A stretch of 64,000 nucleotides of DNA from Paraspadella gotoi (Eukaryota > Animalia > Chaetognatha): contig CM119265.1 of NCBI GenBank assembly GCA_051294375.1, positions 16,560,005-16,624,004 of the forward strand. The letters run 5' to 3'. The position numbers and the translations under genes were made by a program. Positions 31,137 through 41,491 of the stretch are shown piece after piece. Under the pieces are notes generated by a model. That model was not told the origin of the DNA and made no database searches. It was given only the letters and a program-made list of their open reading frames with translations. Positions within the stretch are counted from its first letter, which is position 1. Each line of letters opens with the position of its first letter.

Positions 31137-34100
31137 TCACGGGATCCTTTTCCTACCAAGGCCAACATCCATCGGTTCCCCGGCCTCGTCGCATTCTTCT
31201 TCCATTGGTTCCTCATCGTCGGTAAACTGCGGTTCCGGGTTAGTTGGTGCGGAGTCCTCGTCCTCGGAAAAGATCTCGCCTTCCTCCTGATCGGAGAGGC
31301 GCTGAATCTCGAGCGCGGGCGGAGCCTCCGTGACCGCGTCGTCGTCGTCTTCTTCCCAATTACTAAAACGATTGCGCAATTCTTCATTGATCCTCTTGGC
31401 TCGAGAAATGGGACTCTCCTCTTCTTCCTCGCTCTTCCCTGAAGAGGGAGGCGTTTTGTTAGGAGGAAAATAAGCCGTCGTATGCGGTTGGTTTTCTGTG
31501 GCGCTTCGGCGATCCGTGACCGAAGGATGGGATGGCGATTTGTTTTTTGACGTCGTCGTCATCGTCGTTGTCCAAACATTTTCGGCTTCATCCGAGACGA
31601 GGACAGACGATTTGGAAGGAATGGATTTAATAGCGCCGTCAAAGTCGACGAGATCTTGGAGTCTTGGTATGGAAGGCCTATGGTTATTCTGATAATTAGA
31701 GTGATTCGGGCGTCGATCTTGCCGGGGCGGTCCCCGTTTCTCAGGTTGAAGCTGCAAACGATTTTTCCAAGAGACACCATCGTCGCCTCCATATCGATGC
31801 GAACTCAAATTTATGTCCCGCGAATTCCCGTTTCGTGGGTCATAACCTTGGCGAACAGGGTTGGGAGGTTGTTGGAAGTTAGAATAAAAACCTCTGACGC
31901 CGTAGTCACGGCCACCACCGTCTCGACTCTCGTTGGATTGATTTCTAAGAGCCTTAAATTTAGATCGCGTCGGTCGACGTGAAACCGGAGGAGGTTGAAG
32001 ATAAGTGTTGCACTGCGGTTGACTTCTTCCAGAGCCCAACCGGCTCAGATTTCGAGACACCCCGGACACAAAATTATTGGGTAAAACGCTGTCTTTTTCA
32101 ATCATTTTTACGGCGACTTCAATGGAAGTGTTTTGAAGGACAGTAAGCACAGAGTGACGCCGATGGGCGTCTTCGATAAACGCGCCCCAATTCTTGTTGC
32201 TAATAAGGGACGAAGCATGACCGAGTACATAGAGGCCGTTCTTGGCACGGGTCAGAGCGACGTTCATTCGCTGTCGGTTTTCAAGAAATCCTATCGAACC
32301 CGAATCACTTTGAGCGCGAACGCAGGAGAGCACGACGAATTCCTTCTCCCTGCCCTGAAATCCATCAACCGTTCCCACTTCTATCAGACCTCCGAGACTA
32401 CGAAGGTTTCCCTCCGAGTCGCGAAAAGTAGTTTGTCTCATACGATTTTGAATGAGGCTCATCTGCTTTTTGTAAGGCGTAATGACGCAAATTGAAGACG
32501 GGGAGTAGAGGGAGACGATTTGCTTGCAAAGGGCGACGGTAAACGAGGCCTCGAACAAGTTGGAAATTGAGGGACCGCCGGAAGAACCGCGCGGATCAGA
32601 CTGCTCTTTGCTGTCGACGAGATCGAAAAACAGCAGCGGTCGGAAAGGACAACGACGAGGCAAATCGCGCTCCACTACCGACTGGTCAGTCTTCACCAGT
32701 CCTCCGTAGATATGTTTGGAAGGAAAAGAGCAAATTTCGGGATGCATACGATATTGGGTATCGAGCAAGAGAACCGGATTGTAACTTTTGACACCGGGAA
32801 ACAATTCCGGAGAAGAAGTTTTGAAGAGCTTGTACAGCCTTTCAAAGAGCGAACATCCAAAATTTAACTCTTGGCTCTTTTTTGAACGAACAGTGGCTGG
32901 TAATTGTTCGGGGTCGCCAACAGCGATAACTTTGGAAACTCCGTACTGTAGAGGAATAAGACAATCCAATTCGACGGACTGGCAAGCTTCGTCGATGATG
33001 ACGCAGGAAAACACTTGGGGACGTTTTCCATCTTTGCCGAAGGCGTCAGTCATGAGATCCGCGCCGGAATAGTTGAGAGTGCATCCGATGACGTGTGCCG
33101 TCTTCAAAATATGGATGCGAGTCATTTTATCGTTACGGTTGTCGTTTTTAATGTTGGCCTTTTTCGACGTCATCGACTCCGTCGCGCGTGCCTTTCTGCT
33201 TAACTCGGACTTTTGAAAATCGATTTCCTTTTCCTCGTCCATAAGCTTAATCAGCTTGGACTCGACCTCGCGAAACTCGCCTTTGTTTCCGCTTTCCTTT
33301 AAAGTCCTTCGTTTGTTCTTCAAGTTCTCAATCTCCTTTTTAACGTCCTCAGATCGAATGCTCAGCTCCTCCAGGACCCATTTGTCCGACATCGATGGTT
33401 CATCTTTTCCATCCTCGTTGCTTCCGCGCATTAGCGAATCCAGAGTGATCTCTTCAACGTCAGGGTGAACGCTCGAGTTCATTCCGGCTCTCACGAGATT
33501 TAACGAGGAAATGCGAGAATTACTCGACTTTCTTTTCAAGGCTATGAGACGTCGCATTATTTCGTCGACGCCCGCATTTGACGGGGCGCAAACGAGCAAA
33601 CGCGGGGTGTTGTGATTTATCTCGCAGTTTTCAAAAAAAGTGGCAATGATACCCAAGATAGTGTGCGACTTACCAGTGCCTGGAGGGCCTTGGAGAAGCA
33701 GGAACTTAGGTATCGTTTGTGACTGAAACATGATATTTACTGATGCTTGAATGGCACGAGTTTGTGATGGATTGTAAGTGGAGTCAGTCGCGGTGGTTTT
33801 GAAAGGATTTGGCGGAAGGGTGGGTCGAAATACTTCGGGATCAAACGGTTTCAGCAGATGAGGTCGCAAAGAACTACGTGTCATTGACACTAAGCCCTGA
33901 TACTGCCGAAAAGGGCCGACGAGACATGACAACCACCGGCATGGGAGCGGCTTGTGAATATCGACGCTAGTATCGCAATAGCTATGAATTATCACTTTAA
34001 GTTTAATATTGAGCGCCGTTCTCCTACCCCCCGACCAGACAGTTTTCCCGTAGAGGTTGTCCAGAATCGGATTGAAGAACGTGTCTTGCCGGACACGAAT

Positions 34101-35556
34101 TTTATCCATAGAATCTATCCAAGCAAAGGAAGGATGCGTAGCACCTTCCTTTTGAAACGTTGGAACCAGCACCTCCACAAAGTCGCCTTCCTTTGGGAAG
34201 GACGCTTCAGGGCTGTCTTCACAAAGATAATCGCAGTTGAGTCTCCAAAGTCGAGGGTCCTCAGCAACAGTTTCCACGGCAGCAATAGCGAGGCGCTGGT
34301 CAAAAGTTTTTTGTTGTTTTTCGCGAACGTCCCGAAGAAGAGACTCCCACATCTCAAAGAGAACTGGCGAGTGCATAATTTCGTAATATTCAAGAAAAAA
34401 GTCGTAAGAGGATTTGAGGCGCTTCGGCTCGCGTTGACTTTCAATCAAGGGCGGTGGTTCCGAGGCCTTGAGCGCTTCTTGCAGCCAGGAAGGGTTCCAT
34501 TTGACCATAGGGTAAACAATGGACCAAATGTTTAGGCACTCCCCGTCAGAGATGTCCAGAGGGTCATTCTTGACGGCCTGATTTCGCAGGGCTGTGACAT
34601 TGGTTTTGGGTTGTGAGAGAATATTGTTGTTAGAGGTAAGAACACTTTGGTAATAAGCCGGAATTGGGCTCCGACGATCCTTGGAATGTGGCGAGAGGTT
34701 AGAGGAGGAGGCAGAGGATGAGATCATAGTTCGTGCCGTTTTAGTATGAGGATCCAGCGTCTTGTCGGTTTCGGGTATGGATTTAAGCATCAGATTGGGT
34801 TTATTTTCTAACTTTTCTAGCTTGCTTCGCTTGGCCAAAACGTTTTCACGGCGCTTCTCCACGATATTTTTAAAGGGCGCTGCCTCTGAAGGACTCAGTT
34901 TTTGCTTCTTTGGTCCCAGGGGAACCAATTTATCGAGCGGGTTCGAAGGTAAATCCAATTTTGGTCGAGTTTGTTTCTTGACTGTCAGCTTTGGAACCTT
35001 TTTGGCGACGGGTTTCGGGATTTCTGGCCGGGACACCGGCTCATCCAAGGTGGTGTAGACATCATCGAGCGGATATGACGGGGACTCCTTCGGAGCTTCG
35101 GCGACGATCGTAGGTCGGGGAACGAATTTGGTGACAGGCCGAATTTTGCAGGGATTTTTTGCCGAGGACTTCAAAGCTTTGAACTTCGCGATGGCGTCAA
35201 GTTTGGCGCGGGAACAGTTCTCGTCGGCCCCTGAAAATAAAAAAAAAGTAAAAAAAATCACCGCGTGTTAGAAACTTAAATACAAACTAACCTCGGGTTA
35301 ATTTGACTTTCGTTGCAATTTGCTTATTCCCTGACGCCAAATTGCGAAGTAACGGGGCTGACTCACGATTAATCAATTGTCTGGCCTTTTCACACATTTC
35401 GCATTCCACCAAATCTTTGTGGTTCAGAAATGTGCAAGCTTCGCAGTGCCACATCCCAGGCGCCGGGTTGACTTCCCTTCGAGTTTCATCTTTCTTCCTC
35501 TTCACTGCATTCTTTATCAACTCCTCCAACTCGTCGTCGCTCTCCGACGACGCCAT
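31137..35556 (-). CDS. SETX: Senataxin/Sen1-like Upf1-family SF1B helicase with an N-terminal RanBP2-type zinc finger, 2 exons
   Basis: LLQGPPGTGKS, LVCAPSNAGVDE, IIDEACQ, VGDPEQLPATV, QYRMHPEI, TVDGFQGRE, RMNVALTRA. Exon 1 has WHCEACTFLN...CEMC. Intron ~35231-35291. Confidence 0.85.
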
Positions 35557-35818
35557 CCCTCTAAAGGCTAAATCAGGGCTAACGCAGGGAAAAAAAGCGG
35601 TCAACAATAAATAACCAACAATATTCAAGTCCTTATCACGATTCAGTTGAAATGGTTTAAGAAAAAAAGTTTGGTTAAAAATGATTTATTTTCGAATTTT
35701 AATTTAAATAAAAAGGCGTACGCATATTCTAATAAAAAAGTATATAATATGCTTTCTAATTTTGTTTTCATTAACGTACGTCACATTCCCTATAATTTTC
35801 TTGATAAATAGGAGTTCA

Positions 35819-37699
35819 TCAAGGTAAGAATTCAAAAGTATGCTCTTGAGCGTATTCGAGTTCCTTAAAGAATAAATTGTCAACCATCCGGCAGAATCTG
35901 GTGAGATTCTCGTGGCTTTGGACCATTTCTGCTAAACGGTTGTCGACAAGCGGCGTCGTCAAAATCGAGTACAAATGCCCAAAAACCACAGCGTCCAATT
36001 CCGTCGGAAATGAACCGAAGAAATAATCCTGACCATTTAATCGTTCAGACAATGCCTTGGAATGTAAAATAGGCGACTTAAGTTTCCTGGGTGAAATATA
36101 CCTACGTAATTTACTTATTTTATCTAATTCTTATCTTTATTCTTCAAATAAGAACGAAAAAAAATCGAAGAAATAGCAACAACGATTTTAATTGTACCTG
36201 AAGCCCAATATGAACATCCTCGTAAACTTGTTCCAGAGTTTTGTTATACCAGCCGACGGCTTTCAAATGGTTTTGAACGTCACACTGTTTCCGAAAAGCC
36301 AAAATTCGGTTGAGTGGCCAAGGATAAGGGCTTCCGTAGCGAGGCCGAGATATTTCCCAACGAGTTTCTTTGTCTGTGTTCATGAAAATCATGCTTAAGA
36401 TCAAAATCAACAAGTTTGACCAAACAATGCCGGATCTGCCTACGATCATGTGCGGTTAGCAGCTAATTAATTAACTAATGAATTAAATAATTAATCGTCA
36501 GCGCAGAAACGAGTTTCAATGCAAAAAAAACAAAACAACAACAACAAACACGTTTTAATATTTGATTATGCTTTTTCTTTTAATATAAAATGTAAATTGA
36601 AGATTAATTAATTGATTGATTGATTAATTTACATTTTATATTAAAGAAAAAAAAAGCATAATCATATAGTTTTACGGGTTTTTTTTCATTTAATTTTAAA
36701 CTATTTCTACGCTGATGATTCCATCGAAACTTGATTTCCAGCTCTATCACACAAAATTTCAAGTAAATCGCGCTGATGAGCGGCAAATTTTGTACAGCAT
36801 CCAATAATGAGTAATTGGCGCTCAAAGCTTACGGGGGACGGACGGACGGACGGACGGACGAACAGACAGACATCGATTTTTTTGAAGAGAGGAATTTATT
36901 GTAGAGATAATTATATCACGTGATCTGTATAAAAAAAAAAGGTTTAATACAAAATAACAAATGATGATTAATGATAATTAATCATAATCATACGTAAAGT
37001 TTTATTGATTATACACAGACGAAATAAGTTTATTTCCATTCCACGTTTGGCGAAAGTTTATGTCCAACATTTTTGCATAATTCGACGTTCTGACATAATC
37101 TAAGTGACTTACAGACAAGATTTTTGGGTGGTACCGACGGACCGACAAAGTGAATTGCATTGACTAATCCGTGACATACAACCTGCCCAGGTAATATAAA
37201 GTTCGGCGTTGGAGAGGACCATTTCGGTCAGATTAATATAAGCCTTCATATCGGCCAGCTGATCATTCGTAAGGTCCGAAGAAAGATGAGGACCAGCGAT
37301 TCTATAAAAAAAATTAGAAAAAAATGTATATTACGTTTTATTGAAAAATTTTACAACTTGACAAACCTTGTATTAACAAAATCAATAATTGGTTCGACTT
37401 CAGACACCAAGTGCTTGCCGCAAACCAAGAACGGAACTCTGCCACTTGGTGACATATGTTCCGCGTTAGGTTTCAACATCACCTTAAAACAATTTTACTG
37501 TCACTACAAGTCAATAAAAAAAAATTTGAATAAACTCCTCGCTAACCTTGAAGTGTAATCCGCTCATATGCAAAAATGTGCGAACCGACAAACATGCGGC
37601 GCTATCAGGCAGAAGGATTTGATTGCTTTCATAAGGTTGGTAGAGTTCGGCATTGTCCGGCCAGGGAATCTGCTGATATTGATCCTCGGTCGTCGCCAT
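35819..37699 (-). CDS. MTX2: Metaxin-2, 5 exons
   Basis: PWPDNAELYQ...QILLPDSAACLSV, NAEHMSPSGRVPFL, RYGSPYPWPLN, YFFGSFPTELDAVVFGHL. Confidence 0.93.
36563..36664. repeat. Near-perfect inverted repeat (about 36-bp arms, 27-nt loop) in an MTX2 intron
   Basis: tgattatgctttttcttttaatataaaatgtaaatt pairs with aatttacattttatattaaagaaaaaaaaagcataatca. Confidence 0.85.
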
Positions 37700-38336
37700 G
37701 ACGGAAATAAACTTTTCTAGTATAATCGACGAAAAGCGAAACTCATGCTTAGGGGTTTCTGTGAATGAATTTTTTTATCCTTATTATATGTTCATTGTGT
37801 TCTTTTAGTCAATTTCGCAATTAACATTACCGTGATATCTAAACTCGTAAGGATTAGCAGAAGTTTTGCTCCTATTTTGCATTTAATAAAGAAACTTTCG
37901 AATGGAAATTATTATAAAAACAATTTTACTTTTTGTATTGCTGATGAGTTCATGGCAATAGATAAGTCAATAATTAAAATAATAGTAAAAACAAATTTAA
38001 AAGCCAAATTAATGCAAATTTTAATAACCAACCGGTGTACAATTTAAAAAAAACAATTCAAAGCGTTTTATCATCGAGAAATATGTGTTATATTAAAAAA
38101 CGCTCTTAGGCTTCTATATTACGATGACGATAAATAGACAAACTGATAGGAGTGGGAATGAATCAAACTAAAACAAAAACTATGTAATTGTAAATGATCA
38201 CATAAATATCCTGACAAAGATTATCCATGATCTCAAAAAATATAAATTAAAATGCATAATTTAAACTGTGTAGTAAACGCTAATGACATTCCGATATGAA
38301 CTAATAATCGCCAAACCTTGAATTCGTCTTCAAATA

Positions 38337-40244
38337 TTACTTTGGGGGAATGAACGTAGGATTAAAGAGTTTAAATCCCCTGTAAATGGCAAAGCCAAGA
38401 CCAGCGACGACCCCGACGCCAATAACGAGCTTGGCTGGCTCGTACGGAACGGCCGGCATGGTGTAGTCTCTGAGACCAGGGTAGGCAGCCATTGTGCCGA
38501 TTCTGACGTAAACGTCACGACTAACGCGATCTGCGCAGGTATAGTAAATGACGGGGTGAAGGTTGTGGGCGTTTGCCCAAACCTCTGGCTGAGTACCATC
38601 GCTCGAACTTTGCTCCACGTGACGTTGATCGGCTTTCAGGCCGACGACCAAAACCGGAACATCCGAAGCGATGAGGTAATTCTCGTAAAATTGCCTAATG
38701 TAGCCGAAACTGTCAGGATTGCTGACGTCGAATACGAGAGCGACAACGTCGACGCTGCCGTCCAAGACGAGACCACTGCGTTTGGAGGCGCATTCTACCT
38801 CTTCTAAAACCAAGTAACGCTCCAGGCCGTAAATAGGCATGATGTTTACGCCGAATCGCGGAAGAAAGGCTTTGTTGTAGCGCTGCTGATGCCGCAAAGT
38901 GCGACCGAGGAGGCCTTGAATGAAAGTTGTCTTGCCGCAGCCTTTAGAACCCACTACGCGGCATTTAAAGACAGTGCGGTTGGTGTGCTTCCGCTGCAGA
39001 TCGATCTTCTTGTCCCGGGTAATGGTTATAGCAGAGACTTGATCCATGTCCTCCACCACATTAAACCCCAAGCGAGCCAAAGTCTCCAAAGTTTGGTTCA
39101 CGTCGATCAGTGTAATCAGTGTGAACTGTGAGAGGAACCCCTTTAGACTGAGCCAACCTTTTTCGTTAGTGTGAACCCCGTTAAGGTCGGTAGGATCCCA
39201 GGGGCAACCTTCACAAGCAAAGAAGAACTCTTCCAACTCGGTTGGATTCAGGAATCCGTCTCGGTCTCTGTCGTGGGACTCGAACATTCGTGTCAGAAAC
39301 TGGTTGCCGGTGTGGGTCAACTCTGTCGAGCAGCCGCGCGGAACCTGGAAGACGGGACGTAGATAGTCGGCCGGCAAGGTGAGGTCATCGTCGTAGCCAA
39401 ACTTTCTCAAAATGGCCCAAGTGGTCTCGTGACGCCCTCTCTGAATGAATAACCCATTGAGAAAGAGGAAGCCTTGAAAGGTGAGACCATTGTCTCTGAC
39501 GCCGTCGGACGTGCCGGTAATGACGACTGTCTTGACGTCTTCGAGAGCGCGGGGCTGGAGTGGCGCGTTGAAGCAGCGTCGTTGGAAGAAGTTGAGTTCC
39601 CTGTCGTTAAGGACGCCGTCGTTGTCGAGGTCACAGACTTTGAAGACCCTAAGCAAGGCTTCTTCGGCTCGAGGTGTCAACGCTTTGGCCTCGGCGTTAT
39701 AAAGAGGACCTGTCGGATGCAGAACCGCCTTTTGAGCGTAGTAGAACAATTCTGAAATGTTCTTCAGGCTCTTTGCCGAACATTCTATGCAAGTCTCGAC
39801 CTCGGCGAAGTCATTCATGAGACCTAAAACGTTCTCGTTGAGTTCGCTAATCTCCTCAGTGTCGCTCTTGTTGCCCACGAGGATAATCGGCTTCTTGGCG
39901 TTGGCGCCCTCGAGGCCTCCCTTGACGCCGTCGGCTTCGTACATCGCCGGAATCCAGTAGTCGCGGAGACGAAAGATGGTTTCGTCGTTTTCGACGTCGT
40001 AGACGAGGCAACAAACGTTGGCCCGCCTTATCTCTTCGGTCAGCTCCTCCTCGTTTTGGTCACGGAAAGAGAAGTCTACAATGTGCGTCGGCACGCGTTC
40101 CGGGGTCACGTCGGCGGGAATGGTCAGCTCCTCCGCGCGCGACGGCACCGTCAGCGGAAACTCTTCGCTAACGAGAGATAGAATGAGAGAAGTTTTTCCG
40201 ACACCTCGCTCGCCCAGCAGCAGAATGCGCACGTCGGTGATCAT
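38337..40244 (-). CDS. RHOT1: Mitochondrial Rho GTPase (Miro), intronless
   Basis: VRILLLGERGVGKTSLILSLVSEEF, two EF hands (DLDNDGVLNDRE, DRDRDGFLNPTE), second GTPase domain, C-terminal TM anchor. Start context gccaccATG. Confidence 0.97.
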   Translation of the reverse strand: MITDVRILLLGERGVGKTSLILSLVSEEFPLTVPSRAEELTIPADVTPERVPTHIVDFSFRDQNEEELTEEIRRANVCCLVYDVENDETIFRLRDYWIPAMYEADGVKGGLEGANAKKPIILVGNKSDTEEISELNENVLGLMNDFAEVETCIECSAKSLKNISELFYYAQKAVLHPTGPLYNAEAKALTPRAEEALLRVFKVCDLDNDGVLNDRELNFFQRRCFNAPLQPRALEDVKTVVITGTSDGVRDNGLTFQGFLFLNGLFIQRGRHETTWAILRKFGYDDDLTLPADYLRPVFQVPRGCSTELTHTGNQFLTRMFESHDRDRDGFLNPTELEEFFFACEGCPWDPTDLNGVHTNEKGWLSLKGFLSQFTLITLIDVNQTLETLARLGFNVVEDMDQVSAITITRDKKIDLQRKHTNRTVFKCRVVGSKGCGKTTFIQGLLGRTLRHQQRYNKAFLPRFGVNIMPIYGLERYLVLEEVECASKRSGLVLDGSVDVVALVFDVSNPDSFGYIRQFYENYLIASDVPVLVVGLKADQRHVEQSSSDGTQPEVWANAHNLHPVIYYTCADRVSRDVYVRIGTMAAYPGLRDYTMPAVPYEPAKLVIGVGVVAGLGFAIYRGFKLFNPTFIPPK

Positions 40245-40481
40245 GGTGGCTATGGTTCGAGGCACGGCGAATAGCCGGTAAAAAAGTCACAATTAAAGGA
40301 GAGTCACGTAATTTTGCACACGACTCGGGCAATTACGAATTAAATTATTCATTTGCCGCGAGTTTTGCGGGTAGATTTCATCTTTAATGTAAAGAACAAT
40401 TTATTAAAGAATAACAGTCATACAATTTTATCAGCAAAAATTATAAAACAATTATAAATATTAACAACATACAAAAAGTAT

Positions 40482-41381
40482 TCAAGGATTATCTTCCTTT
40501 TGCATTTCCTCAAGAAGTCTTTTTCGCTCTTCCGCTTGTCGCATTTTCCTCATAACAAGAGATTCAAAGTCTCTCTCTGTTGCAGCCGTAGTTAATTTTG
40601 TTGCTGTTGTTAAAGTTGTCGATGACAATTCTGGTTTACTCGATTCGCTTTCGCTGACGAACTGCACCTTGAAGGGGTTGTCAGGGAGACCGAGCTCATT
40701 GTCTCGAGCCAACTGCGCGGCTATCGGGGAATCGAACTCGACCAGTGCAGAGCCTCTTTTCTTCGAGGAGACGATCACGTTCATAACGAGACCGTATTTG
40801 TTGAAAATCTTGGCGAGCAGCGGTTCGTCATAGCCACCGTTGGACTCGTCCTTTTTTGACGCCTTCCATTTGACTTTGACGGAGCACGATACTCCCGAAG
40901 CAGCCCCGACGGCGTCGTCGACTTGACGGCGCATAGTCTCGCGTAATTTCTCTTGCTCCTGTAACAAAAGCGAGTTTCCCTCCTTTTTCAATCGGTCGAT
41001 CTCGGCGGCGAGACCCTTTGCCGCCCGACGTTCCATCGACCGCTTGTCCATCTCCGCCTCCCGCTCTGCCAAACTCTTCTCCTTTGATTCCAAATTCTCC
41101 TTAAATTTTTTCCTCTTCTCGTCGAGTGCCTTGTGGCGCTCGGCGGCGGCGCGACGCGCCTTGACGACATTATCGTAAGCCTGACGCGCGGATTTGTCTG
41201 TCAATACCTCTAGTGCCTGAGACAGAAGGTGAAACTCCTCGGCGGCTTTAGGGTTATCGGGGTTTTTGTCCGGATGGCATTTGAGGGCTTTTTTGCGATA
41301 GGCTTTGAGTATGTCCTTCTCCGAGGCTTCTTCGGCCACTTCGAGAATGGCGTAAAGATCGAGTTTGTCAATGTCTGGCAT
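40482..41381 (-). CDS. DNAJC17: DnaJ subfamily C member 17 (J-domain plus RRM), intronless
   Basis: AYRKKALKCHPDKNPDNP, VKVKWK...GSALVEF, RDFESLVMRKMRQAEERKRL. Confidence 0.95.
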   Translation of the reverse strand: MPDIDKLDLYAILEVAEEASEKDILKAYRKKALKCHPDKNPDNPKAAEEFHLLSQALEVLTDKSARQAYDNVVKARRAAAERHKALDEKRKKFKENLESKEKSLAEREAEMDKRSMERRAAKGLAAEIDRLKKEGNSLLLQEQEKLRETMRRQVDDAVGAASGVSCSVKVKWKASKKDESNGGYDEPLLAKIFNKYGLVMNVIVSSKKRGSALVEFDSPIAAQLARDNELGLPDNPFKVQFVSESESSKPELSSTTLTTATKLTTAATERDFESLVMRKMRQAEERKRLLEEMQKEDNP

Positions 41382-41491
41382 ATTGTTTTTCGACTAGAAC
41401 AAGTTTAGCAACAAAATTAATAGGTCACAACTTACAAAATATGGCAACAACGTCAGAAACAAAAATATCCCAATTTAGAGGTTAAAAACTG

